This document shows, in pieces, positions 1 through 13,014 of a stretch of 64,000 bases of DNA. Numbering within the stretch: the stretch's first letter is position 1; each line of letters starts with the position of its first letter. Under the pieces are notes generated by a model. That model searched no databases. It worked only from the letters and a program-made list of their open reading frames with translations, and was not told the origin of the DNA. The DNA comes from Lingula anatina (Eukaryota; Animalia; Brachiopoda), in the NCBI GenBank assembly GCA_051362555.1, contig CM120642.1, positions 17,484,001 to 17,548,000 of the forward strand, written 5' to 3'. The position numbers and the translations under genes are program-made.

Positions 1-2807
1 AAAAGACTGCGAAACCAACATAAGCGACTGTCAATCCGCACCTTGTAAAAATGGCGCCAAGTGCACCGACAGCTTGAATGGTTTCTCGTGCGACTGTGTG
101 TCTGGGTTCACAGGAGAAACGTGTGATGTAAAAATCAATGACTGTCTTTCCTCATCTTGTAAAAGTGGTGGGACGTGTAAGGACGGTATAAATAATGGGT
201 ATACATGTATCTGTCCAGTAGGATTCACCGGGGCTAACTGTGAAACCAATATAGACGATTGTACCTCGAAACCTTGTCAGAATGGAGCAAATTGCACAGA
301 CAATATTAACAGCTATACGTGTTCATGTCTGGTGGGATTTACCGGTAAACATTGTGAAACCAACATTGACGATTGTGCCTCTAAACCTTGTCAGAATGGA
401 GCAAATTGCACAGACAATATTAACAGCTATACGTGTTCATGTCTGGCGGGATTTACCGGTAAAAATTGTGAAACCAACATTGACGATTGTGCCTCTAAAC
501 CTTGTCAGAATGGAGCAAATTGCACAGACAATATTAACGGTTATAGGTGTACCTGTCTTGCGGGATATACCGGTAAAAACTGTGAAACCAACATGGACGA
601 TTGTGCCTCTAAACCTTGTCAGAATGGAGCAAATTGTACAGACAATATTACCGGATATATGTGTTCGTGTGTTGCAGGATTTACCGGTAAAAACTGTGAA
701 ACCAACACAGACGATTGTGCCTCTAAACCATGTCAGAATGGAGCAAATTGTACAGACAATATTAACGGTTATAGTTGCTCCTGTCCTGCGGGATATACCG
801 GTAAAAACTGTGAAACCAACATTGACGATTGTGCCTCTAAACCTTGTCAGAATGGAGCAAATTGCACAGGAAATATTAACGGACTTACGTGTTCGTGTGT
901 TGCAGGATTTACCGGTAAGAACTGTGAAACCAACATAGACGATTGTGCCTCTAAAACTTGTCAGAATGGAGCAAATTGCACAGACAATATAAACGGCTAT
1001 ACGTGTTCGTGTGTTGCGGGATTTACCGGTAAAAACTGTGAAACCAACATGGACGATTGTGCCTCTAAACCTTGTCAGAATGGAGCAAATTGCACAGACA
1101 ATATTAACAGCTATACGTGTTCATGTCTGGCGGGATTTACCGGTAAAAACTGTGAAACCAACATTGACGATTGTGCCTCTAAACCTTGTCAGAATGGAGC
1201 AAATTGCACAGATGATATTAACGGTTATAGGTGTACCTGTCTTGCGGGATATACCGGTAAAAACTGTGAAACCAACATGGACGATTGTGCCTCTAAACCT
1301 TGTCAGCATGGAGCAAATTGTACAGACAATATTACCGGATATACGTGTTCGTGTGTTGCAGGATTTACCGGTAAAAACTGTGAAACCAACACAGACGATT
1401 GTGCCTCTAAACCATGTCTGAATGGAGCAAATTGTACAGACAATATTAACGGTTATAGTTGCTCCTGTCCTGCGGGATATACCGGTAAAAACTGTGAAAC
1501 CAACATTGACGATTGTGCCTCTAAACCTTGTCAGAATGGAGCAAATTGCACAGGAAATATTAACGGACTTACGTGTTCGTGTGTTGCAGGATTTACCGGT
1601 AAGAACTGTGAAACCAACATAGACGATTGTCCCTCTATAACTTGTCAGAATGGAGCAAATTGCACAGACAATATAAACGGCTATACGTGTTCGTGTGTTG
1701 CGGGATTTACCGGTAAAAACTGTGAAACCAACGTGGACGATTGTGCCTCTAAACCTTGTCAGAATGGAGCAAATTGCACAGACAACATTAACGGCTACAC
1801 ATGTTCTTGTGTTGCGGGATTTACCGGCAAAAACTGTGAAACCAACACAGACGATTGTGCCTCTAAACCTTGTCAGAATGGAGCAAATTGCACAGACAAT
1901 ATTAACGGTTATACGTGTTCGTGTGTTGAGGGATTTACCGGTAAAAACTGTGAAACCAACATGGACGATTGTGCCTCTAAAACATGTCAGAATGGAGCAA
2001 ATTGCACAGACAATATAAACGGCTATACGTGTTCGTGTGTTGCGGGATTTACCGGTAAAAACTGTGAAACCAACATGGACGATTGTGCCTTTAAACCTTG
2101 TCAGAATGGAGCAATTTGCACAGATGATATTAACGGTTATACATGTTCGTGTGTTGCGGGATTTACCGGTAAAAACTGTGAAACCAACATGGACGATTGT
2201 GCCTCTAAAACTTGTCAGAATGGAGCAAATTGCACAGACAATATTAACGGCTACACATGTTCTTGTGTTGCGGGATTTACCGGCAAAAACTGTGAAACCA
2301 ACATAGACGATTGTGCCTTTAAACCTTGTCCGCACGGAGCAAATTGTACAGACAATATTAACGGTTATACGTGTTCGTGTGTTGAGGGATTTACCGGTAA
2401 AAACTGTGAAACCAACATTGACGATTGTGCCTCTAAACCTTGTCAGAATGGAGCAAATTGCACAGACAATATTAACGGACTTACGTGTTCGTGTGTTGCA
2501 GGATTTACCGGTAAGAACTGTGAAACCAACATAGACGATTGTGCCCCTAACCCTTGTCAGAATGGTGCAAGTTGTAGCGATGGTATCAGAAATTATACTT
2601 GCCTATGTCTCCCAGGCTTCGCTGGTCAAGATTGTGAAACAACAGTGGACGAATGTGCCTCTAATCCTTGCAAGAACGGTGCTGTTTGTAAAGACGCTAT
2701 GAATGGTTACATCTGTAGGTGCAGAGATGGTTACAGTGGGACTAACTGTGACGTCGCTACCTCTACCCCTAGTACCAGCAGTAGAATCTGGTTAAATGTC
2801 TTTAAAG
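1..2807 (+). CDS. Gene A large EGF exon: 24 complete calcium-binding-type EGF repeats plus the end of one more
   Basis: Open frame from base 2 (KDCETNISDC...). 38-aa/114-bp units with consensus [38 protein letters not shown], followed by an S/T-rich linker. Confidence 0.93.
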
Positions 2808-3836
2808 GTACTCAAGCACTCTCAGTCTTTTAAACTTTAAAGAATTTAACTTTGGAAAAAAAATACATGGTAGGATATTGTGAATGCAAATATTATTAGG
2901 CTTGTGTTTTAACTGCATGAATTAAAAATGATTTAGATGATTTCAGATTCCACTGCTCGTTTTGAAAGAAAAAAAGTTAAAAGTATCCTAATGACATGGC
3001 ACATATAAGATATATATCTTAAATTTTTGGTATATATCTTTATTTATCATTTTTTTCTCTTCAGATCCTTGTAAACCAAACCCTTGTCCAGAAATCGCAC
3101 CTGGTCAACATGTTACTTGTCATCCTGATGGTGACGCTTATAGATGTGTTAAGCCCAGCGGTGAGTGTAATATAACTTCCTGTAATTCGAATTTCATGTA
3201 TACATGTATGAATCAAAGGAGAGTTTAACACCTGTCCTAATTTACTGCTGTTTTCCATATTTTTTAATGTTCAGTGGTCATCCCGTGTTATAACTTTTGA
3301 GAGTAAAAATACACGGCACACGTATATGCGTATAAACTGTAAATATTTTACCATTTGTTTTGTTTGCTTGTTTGTTTAATTTCATCAATTAACAATTACT
3401 TTCGGGCCTTTATTGCTCTAAAGGTTATTGTATGGACAACAAGAGGCTCTACAAGAAAGGAGAAACGTGGGACATCGGGTGCAGGGAGACCTGTAGATGC
3501 ATAAAACCAGATATGAACTTCAAATATTGTGAACCAAAGTAAGTTTTTTTACCACCGTGTACAAAAGTCTAATGGATAACACTTTCACCTCCATTAAACA
3601 ATCTACCAATCATTTTGATGTATTTTGGTATTTTGAGTGTAAATGCGATCACTGGCATGTTACCGGTGTTTGGTTACTTTATTTATCTTTTTTACATGAG
3701 AGAATGTTTTTTTCTGAACAGGTTGTGCACAAATTACAGAGCGACAGCTATTCCACCTGGGTGTAAACTAGACCCTCCTAAGCCTGGAGAATGTTGTGAG
3801 GCGGTTAAGTGTGGACAGCTGGTTCCCGCAGGTTAA
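1..3836 (+). CDS. Gene A (5'-truncated by window): secreted multi-EGF protein with mini-EGF and C-terminal VWC domain
   Basis: Exons: <1-2807 (donor AAG|GTACTC; alternative in-phase donor after 2780), 3065-3160 (DPCKPNPCPE..YRCVKPS), 3424-3538 ([29 protein letters not shown]), 3722-3836 ([26 protein letters not shown]). Phases are compatible, and exon sizes 96/115/115 match gene C (gene B shares the 115/115 pair). Confidence 0.85.
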
Positions 3837-5251
3837 GAGCATTTAATAAGAAATAATGATAAACCGACATCTGTATAACTTTGATAATTTCTATCGCGGT
3901 GGTTAATCTACAAAAATATATAGGGACAGTATAAATTAGTAGAATTCTAATTGGACACCGCACCGGTTTTTGAATTTTTTTTTGCATGTAACACAACAAT
4001 TTCCACACATCAGGATATATTTTTATTAACAATTTGTTTTCTGGGGAATATCCCTAACTATTTATTGTATATTTCTGTTTGCAGTTGTGAGCGTACTTAA
4101 TTTTTTTTTTTTGGGTTTATATATACTTTGCATTTGCAGCGATTCTGGGGATTCATGATTAACTGTGCATATGTGTCTCCATGTTTATACATTTACTGCT
4201 TCAATTTGGGGCAGGTGCAATTTTTTTTTAATTTAGGAATCTATAAATAAAAAAGAGGAAAAAAATCAACTGTTTCTGGCAAAAATTTGTCTTAATTATA
4301 ATACTAATAAAGAGTATCGTTCTATTTATGGAAAAAGCTAGATGCTCCAATGTGTCATTTAATCATTATGTGTTTTGTGGGCATGACATAATGGTTTCTA
4401 TATCTGTGTAAATATATATATATGCTGATCGAAAAGCCGACTCTAAATATTACCCACGACCTAGTCCCTGAATAGATAAAGAATATATAAAAACAGACTA
4501 CCCGAAATCTTACTCGTACCTCTAAAGATTATACAAGCAGCGTTACTCCTGACGTAAAGAGCTGTTTTATTTATTATCCCAAACCAATTAAATTACCGAT
4601 ACTTCAACGGGCGATCCCTATTCGATAACATATACTGACTGTGATTAAGTGTAGCAGATCGAGTAGGGTCACGCTTGGCTACTGGCAGTGAATGGAAGAA
4701 AGCTGGACATGAATTAAATAGTGTAGGCACGTTTCTCAATTTAAAACCTGTAAATATTTAGATTAAATTTAACTTTTTGTGACAAATGTTAACATATTAA
4801 TTGAACTGCATTATGTAGTGTTTAAATGTGGCAATGGTATATGAAGTAAAAATAAGAACAAATACACGTATCCGTACCGCCGAATTGTATTTCAGTTATA
4901 TATATCGGAAACCGAAATGAGTTTTCAGACATCTTATTAGAAAGCTTCAATTTCACAAAAAATCTCAACTTACACATTACTTTCATTTAAGTTTTAAACA
5001 ACTTATGATTTCTGTTTTAAATCGCTAAACATGGTTATAATAATTTTAAAAAGGAAAAAAAAACTATAACCCATTACTCTGTCGAATTATTCTAATAAAA
5101 TTCGAAATATATAATATTATAGTTTTGGTAAATATTTGAAAATGTTTCATTTTCATACAATGTTCGTTGAATCGTCCATTTATGTTAACTGCTATTTTAA
5201 GGGCGTTCTGTTGTAGATAACTCAATGTCTGACGTCATGCCGCCCTACAAT

Positions 5252-8217
5252 TTACGGTGGTGGTGTAAGCTGGTCACAGTTGAGCGTTTCGCAGCACTCT
5301 CCGGGTTTGGGAGGGATCAGTTTACACCCAGTCTGAAGCCCCACCGTTTTCCAATCAGTGCTACACCTGTAAGGCAAAATGCAACAGTGATACAACAAAC
5401 CAGCTACATTTCACCTAAGCGCAGAATTTTAGTTCCTACTGAAAATTGCAGCTTATTGGAGAATTACTAATTATTGCATATATACTGTAGCTTTTTTTCT
5501 GAGAACTCAATATTAAAAAAAACATGCCAGTAGTATAAGGGTGATAAGAGTATGTCTCTGATACTTGGTTTCACAATCTATAATAACCAAAGTCTAACAA
5601 CATACTTGGCTTCGCAGTAGTAGAAGTTCATATCTGAGGAAATGCACCGACATGTTTGCTGGCAACCGATGTCCCATGTTTCCCCTTCCTTGTAGAGTTT
5701 ATTATCAGCCATACAGTAGCCTATAACACAAAAAATAATTGAGGTCTTTCAATATTGGTTTTTCAAAAATAAATAACAAATTATTATATTGTAATAAAAT
5801 AGATTAGTTATCATGGTCTCTTTTAGAACATTTTCCATTAATTTGCATTTCATTTTTGCAACAATTGTCGTGATGCACTAGTGTCTTTTTAAGATTGTTC
5901 ACATAGCAATAAAGCAGCGAAGTCGGGTACAGAAAATAAGAATACCCTGTCGAAAACCTTTCTTTTCAAATATTTCTGAATGAAACCAAACGAGCATTAT
6001 AAACCTACCTTTGGGTTTCATTGTCGAAGGGGTAGTTGCCACGTTGATACTCGGCACTGTGGTCGCAGGAAGCTCACAATTCATACCTTTAAATCCCAGC
6101 TGGCACAAGCACGTGTATCCATGTCCCTTATTTATGCATGTTCCACCATTTCTGCAAGGATCTGAGGCACACTGGTCTCTCTGGGTTTGACAGAATAATC
6201 CGCTGTACCCGTTAAGACACGCACAAGAGTAGCCGCCTATGGTGTCACTGCACGTTCCACCGTTAAGGCAAGGGTTGGATGCGCATTCGTCGATGTTGGT
6301 TTCACAGTTGTCACCGGTAAATCCAACAGGACAGGAGCAAGCATAGCTGGCGATGAGGTCTGTACAAGAGGCCCCATTTTTGCACGGTTTAGACGCGCAG
6401 TCATCCACGTTTGTTTCACAGTTTTGACCGGTAAATCCTGCAAGACACGAACACGTATAGCTGTTGATATCGTCGGTACAGCTTGCTCCATTCTGACAAG
6501 GTTTAGAGGCACAGTTATCTGTGTTGGTTTCACAGTTGGCCCCGGTGAATCCTACTGGACAGATACATGTATACCCATTAATGCCGTCCGTACACGTCCC
6601 ACCACTTTTACAAGGTGAGAAAAGGCACTCATTGATGTTCACATCGCACGTTTCTCCCGTGAACCCAGACGCGCAGTCGCACGAGAAACCATTCACTCTG
6701 TCGGTGCACTTAGCACCATTTTTACAAGGTGCGGAATGACAGTCGTTTATGTTGGTTTCGCAGTCCTTTCCCGTAAAACCAGAGGAACAGGTGCAGGCAT
6801 ATCCCTTTGCAGTGTCTCTGCATGTCCCGTTGTTTTGGCATGGGGACCTTGTGATGCATTCTGTAATTAAAAATACGACAGGTATTTAAAATAAGTGCGA
6901 GGCGACGACAAATGAAACAGAATTTTATAAATTAATAAGTATGATAACTTTGACATTAACCCCAGTGGAAATCCACCCTACCCTGTTGGAAGCAAATAAT
7001 CAGATCGAAAATGTTGGGTGGTATCGAAAACTTGAGGTATTCTGTTTGCAAATGAATGACACAGAGGGAATATGAAGTAACTGCAGGAAATATTATATCG
7101 CTTGCCGATCAGCAATCACAAGGGAAGGTATATTCTCATATTTTTATTTTATTGATAATGCCCAAAATGTATTAGGTCTTTTAGAGTTCCTTAGCATTTG
7201 TTAGTTGAAATGTATTTAAGAAATGATCTCTTAATTTGATTTACTGCAGTAAACGGTAAAAAATAACTTTAAATTCCAGTTATTGCCTCTTTTTTTTTTT
7301 TGGGGGGGGGGGGGGGGATAACGTACGGCATAAACGCATTATGAACCAAACTACGGATATTCTCTCTTGTTTATCTTTCACCATAAATTTATCTATCATA
7401 CTTTACGTCCTTGATGTGACTAGTGATAATCATCACAGGTGTTACAGCATACACAGGATGGATGGATTAAACCCGATAAGTGTGGTTTAAAGTCTACCCA
7501 GGGCCACAGTGTCAAGATTCTGGTGCGGTCTCACCAACATTCATCGACTATTACTGAACTGTAATTTGCATTGACCCAACTTCTCCTAATATTGCGATTT
7601 AATTGCTACAATTTCATATAATGAATCAAAATCACAAATTACAAAAAGAAGTTAAAAGAGTACAGTACCACGTAATGAGCATGTCGGTTCTGTTCCATTC
7701 CAGCGTAGCTGTGCCAGGTTGTTGTTCACCTGGCATCTACGGACCCTGTTACCTGCGGTCATAATGTACCCACTGTCGCACGCGTATCTCACCGTCTGTC
7801 CTCTTTGGTTACCGGTCACTTGCATAGTACCATGGGCTGGTTTTTTTAGGGCTGGGCAAACTGAATTAAAACACAAACAATCATATATATATATATATAT
7901 ATCTGATTATGATGAAAGCAAAAGGATTAAAGTATCTGTTTTGTGGACAGAGATGGAAACGTCACATTTAATTACTATGTCGTAGGGATTACTCTTGTTC
8001 ATTAACAGTCGTCAATTTAAATTAAGTTATATTATTCGTAGTTTTATGACAGTAGAGATTAAGTGGGCACCTCCCTCCCCCTCCTCATCAAATAAACTCT
8101 TATAATTAAAACAATTGTATTTTTTATATCAAATTATTGTGTTTGTTTGTCACTCGGTTATGTTTGGCTAGTCAGTGCTAAAACGACGAAGCAATGTTTT
8201 ACCTTCTTTAAATAAAG

Positions 8218-8249
<32 letters not shown>

Positions 8250-11200
8250 TATTATAAACGTACGGTCACAGTGTGGCCACGATCCACTCCAAATGCCGCC
8301 CAACCGACACGTCTGCTTCACGGGGCCGGAGAGATGCACATAACCTTTCTTGCACTTGTACTTTACGGCTTCGTTCAGATAATAATGGTTCTTAAATGGA
8401 ACAATTCCCTCAACGTTGCTTGGTGCGTTATTGCGGGTGCAAAAGCTCACTGAAAATGCCAGTTAATTATAAGCAGTTATAAAGGTTACCTTGCATACAG
8501 CTTCTATAGCTCAAAGAGATTGATTTGAACGTGACGAACTCATAAATAAAGACAACTACAAAAGTTTGTCTGTGTCTGTGATTGACCTACTTACGGACAC
8601 ATTTAGGTTCTGAGCCGCTCCAAGTGCCGCCTTTTTCACAGCTTCTCTCCAAGGAACCAGCTGTTAGGATATAATCCTTCCGGCATTTGTACTTTATTTT
8701 TTGCTTTACGTTATATGTATCTTTCAGTTTAAGTTTGCCGTCCATGTTTGGTGGCATTTGGGGAGGTGTACAGAATTTTATGGACTCTTTTACTGAAAAA
8801 CAAGATAAATGTTTTAACATTGATACAGAATGGGTCATTAAAGGAAATCATGTTGCATATCTGCTGGTAGGTCGATTTTTCAAATTCATTGCATGTAGTG
8901 ATGTACTAATTTAAATTGTTATCAAAATACTATGTAACATTGCTATTCTATAAGAACTGAATTTTTGTTCGAATGTAATCAGAATTGAGGAGTAAGACCA
9001 AGCGTATCTCTTATTGACCTACTTACGGGCACATTTAGGTTCCGAGCCACTCCAAGTGCCGCCTATTTCACATGTTCTCTCCAAGGAACCAGATGTGAGA
9101 GCATGATCCTTCTGGCATTTGTACTTTATTTTCTGTTTGCCGCCATATGTATCTTCGACTTTAATTTTGTCGTCCATGTTTGGTGGCATCTTAGGGGGTT
9201 TACAAAAATTGGCTGAAATTATCAAGAAGAATTGAAGTGTATGACCATCAATTAATTGTGAATGCAAGTTTATAAATAAAAAAAAATTAGAATATAAAAG
9301 GAAATTCAGCTGCACAGAAGTATGAAAATTGCATTATCATCTTCGTTTGATTATCTGTTGTACATTAGAATGGTGAACATTTTGTACAATGTTTTATTTA
9401 TATATATATATATATACACACACTGGACAAAAGAAGTGTCACCCCCTACCTCAGAGTAATAAAAGTAGGCAGATCTTGGGTACTTATAATGCCTGGTCTA
9501 CTTATAATGTGACTAATGAGTATAAAACCGCTATACCATGAAATTGTATTGTTGGTCTTGTACATGTACAGCAAATGTTATTCCTGTCTTCCTCCAATAT
9601 GGCAAGATACAAGCAATTATGTAACGGTTATAGGTGCAAGTTATTAACCTGAAGAGGCGGAATATAAGCAATGTCAGAATATCGATACAATTGAATTGTT
9701 CAGTCAGAACGGTGCAGAGGGTCTGGTCTCGGTATAGAAACACTGGATCAAGAGACAAATTGCCTCTGATGGGTCGTTCAAGAAAAAAATACTGGCCGTG
9801 AAGACCGACGACTGATTTTGATGTCCAGGTTGTCAAAGTTCGACACTGCTTGTCAGTTGACAACACAGTGGAACAATTTCACACATAAGAATGTGTCTGT
9901 GAAAATTGCTAGGCGTCGGTTACATGCTCTGAGAGTGTACAGCAGGGTAGCAAGACTGAAACCTCTTATATCGTTACAAAACAGGCAACGTAGAGTAAAC
10001 TAGGGTCAACAGGATCTGGAACTGGACAGTTCATGACAATTGGTCCTATATATTTTTTTCTGATAAGTGTCGCTTTGGTCTGACCTCTGATGACAGACGG
10101 GTAAAATGCTGGCAAACTGCTGGTAAAGCATTTGAACCACATGCACTGAATTTTCGAACCCGGAGCAGCATATTCATCATGGTGTGGGACTGCATCAGCA
10201 TCCATGGCGTGGGCGAATTGATAGTGGTTAATGTAAACATGAATCACTAGAAATATATCGATGTTTTGGAGTCAGGCTTGCTACTATCTATCACTAACAT
10301 GTTTGGTGACAGGAATTATTCATTTGTTCACCAGGATGACAATGCTCCTTGTCACAGGCCCAGAGCAGTTGATGATTGGTTTGACCAACAGGGCATTCGC
10401 AGGGTGATGTGGCCTGCCCAGAGTCCGGATGCAAACATAATAGAAAATGTGTGGAATTATATGTCAAAACTTTTCACAAATGCCCGTCTTACCAGCAGAG
10501 AAACTCTGTTATATTCAGTGTTTCATGCTTGGGCCAGCATAAGCGCTGAACGCATCAGACAATTACATGAAACCTTGCTTCGTAGACTGGCACCTATTAT
10601 TAGGTCAATTGGCTATGCCACTAAGTACTAATTTTGGACTTGAAACTGCATATTTTGGTAGAATGTATATTTTGTTCTCATTTTGTGATTTTTTGTGAAA
10701 TTTGATGTTAATAAAATGATACCAGGAGCATATCATTCCACAGTCATTTATCTCCCCCATAGTATTGGTTCAGTAGGGGTGACACTTCTTTTGTCCAGTA
10801 TATATATATATATATTTTTTTTTTTTGCAACTAAACATGCAACTTACGAACACATCTCGGTTCCGAATCACTCCAAGTTCCATCTTTGTCACACTTCCTC
10901 ACCAAGGAACCAGCTGTGTGTACGTAGTCTTTCAAACACTTGTACTTTATTTTCTGGTTTGGTTTATAGGTGCTTTCGGAGTTAACGTTGCCATCCGTAT
11001 TTGGTGGTGCAGCAGGGGATGTGCAAACACCCCCTGAAATGGCGAATCGAACCGTAATCTTTAAATGATGGTATCAAAAGATATAAACAATTTTTTAAAA
11101 CATGCTAAACTAGCATTGACTGGCATGACAAAACTTTCAATGCTTCGATATCGGAGCGTACCCATGCCACTTCGACCGCCGTTAATGTAAAGTGGACATT

Positions 11201-11388
11201 CGGGGAGAGGCATTAGTCTTTCACATCTACATTCAAATTTTAAGCATCTCTTACACTGGCCCGTGTGTTAAAAACTACTTGCCCTTTGAACGTTTAGGTC
11301 TTGCCTTCATCTTTGTAAGCGTTCCTGTCCCAAGCGTGTCTTGTAGCGTCAAACATGCAAATACGACTAAGAACAGGGTGAACCGCAT
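5252..11388 (-). CDS. Gene B: secreted signal peptide-5xSushi(CCP)-7xEGF-VWC protein (predicted 711 aa)
   Basis: Exons 11388-11283 ([26 protein letters not shown]), 11033-10848, 9212-9027, 8792-8595, 8449-8264, 7860-7669 (CCP: C..P..Y.C..G...R.C...G.W....P.C), 6860-6009 (7 EGF), 5720-5606 and 5366-5252 (VWC, TAA). All junctions are in frame. The first donor is GC. Confidence 0.85.
6009..6860 (-). CDS. Gene B EGF exon (7 EGF plus Thr/Pro linker)
   Basis: Acceptor TTACAG, donor G|GTAGGT. ORF 5899-6696 extended upstream gives [14 protein letters not shown].. Closely similar to the start of the gene A EGF exon in inverted orientation. Confidence 0.9.
9419..10802 (+). mobile_element. Decayed Tc1-family DNA transposon (DD34E) in intron 2 of gene B
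   Basis: TIRs ACTGGACAAAAGAAGTGTCACCCC (about 9422-9445 and 10776-10799) inside (TA)n. Transposase fragments: HTH-like 9818-10003, FSD-like motif near 10055, and [20 protein letters not shown] (34 residues D-to-E) in 10266-10631. Stops and frameshifts are present. Confidence 0.92.
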
Positions 11389-11668
11389 TTTGACACCACC
11401 TAAACCACTCTCGGTCACCGACAAAAGTGTTGGTTAAAGCACATCTGGTGTCTATACATTAACTAAAATATGTTGAGATCTAGGCTAAGTCTATGCACGG
11501 GTACCGTGCGTGATAACACCGGGCGTAGGCTGACTGTGCCGCTGCTACACGTGCTGCACACAAAAACAGGTGTAAAGGGTGATTAAATATCGCTTAAATT
11601 TACACCCCCACTATTCGTTCATTGAAGAGCTTCAAAATATTACTACACATAACCCAACATAAATGCTA

Positions 11669-11882
11669 CACATGTCTAGCCGTCTCAATTGGGATCGCAA
11701 GGAACGAAAAGGGGCGGTATAAGAACCCTAATTCAGATTTTGTTTTACATGTTTAAAGGTGTGTCGATTTATATTTGGATATCGCCAACAATGACACCAA
11801 GCTGTACAATTGCATCAAAAAGTTAGTACTGCACATGTCTAGCCGTCTCCACTGGGATCGCTAGAACGAGAGGGGGGCGGTA
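11669..11882. repeat. Duplicated ~50-bp motif ending in a GC box, upstream of gene B
   Basis: CACATGTCTAGCCGTCTC..TGGGATCGC..GAACG..GGGGCGGTA at about 11669-11720 and 11832-11882. Confidence 0.7.
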
Positions 11883-12526
11883 ATAGACTATAAGGAACGG
11901 GCATTAAAGATTTGTTCTATAGGTTTGGTAGCTGTTTTTGTGTCGGGCAGCCAAATATACAGACTGTTGCAGTCATTTGTCATCTTAACAGTATGGGTAA
12001 CATTCCTGTACTTAACACGGGCTCCAAATGTGCCCTGTATTCTTATAATTAACAAAAGCGAACATATCCAATGTGCTTGCATTTAAATTAAAAAAAAAAC
12101 GTTTTATCTGAAAAAAAAAAAAATAAATAACCGCTACTCAAAAATCTTGGCAGTGTTTTATTGTCATTGTTAAATTTCATTTAGCAAAAAAAAAAAAAAA
12201 AAATCATGCTTTGCATGCAATGTGAATTTACGCGAGTACAATTTCTACATAGGCCAAGAAATCAAGACTTTATTTTTTCCTACTGATATCCGAAATAATT
12301 TAAAATGCGTAAAGATGTTCTTATAATTTACCTTTAAAGACACAGATATCAATATACACCCGGTCATTGTTTGATTTTTTTCACAGCCTTATAAGCACAT
12401 ATTATTATGACTTAAATGCTATCGAAACGACACTCGTTCTTATAACTGCCCTTCACAATTAACTTTTATTCCATCTAAATGTAATTTCCAACAAAGCTGT
12501 CAATTGATCGAATTGTCTTTCCGTGT

Positions 12527-12970
12527 CTAAGGCGGGGGTGTAAGCTGATCGCAATTCAGCGTTTCACAGCATTCGCCGGGTTTGGGAGGATTCAGTTTAC
12601 ACCCGGATGGGATTCCAACTGCTCTCCAATCAGTGCTGCACCTGGAATGCCATCCATCTTCATTGAGTTTCAGTGAAACATCCAAAGTGTAAACACAACG
12701 GTTTTGATTTGATCTTATTTCACAAAAATTGCGTTTTTTCTTTTTAATATTTTATGATAATACACTTTTTTTAATGGAAAATCATACAAATTATCATCTC
12801 TTATATAGAACAAGAATTAAAATTGTGTTGTCAAAGTATTGCCGTAACTTACTTAGGTTCACAGTAATAGAAGTTCACTGAAGCCTTGATACAATGACAA
12901 GTTTTCTCACAACCAATTTCCCAGGTTTCCATATTTTTGTACAAGGTATTGTTGACCAAGCAGTAGTCTA

Positions 12971-13014
<44 letters not shown>

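Noticed and set aside
251-2530. Regularly spaced repeats resembling a CRISPR array
   Set aside because: These are contiguous coding repeats without unique spacers, in eukaryotic context with no cas genes.
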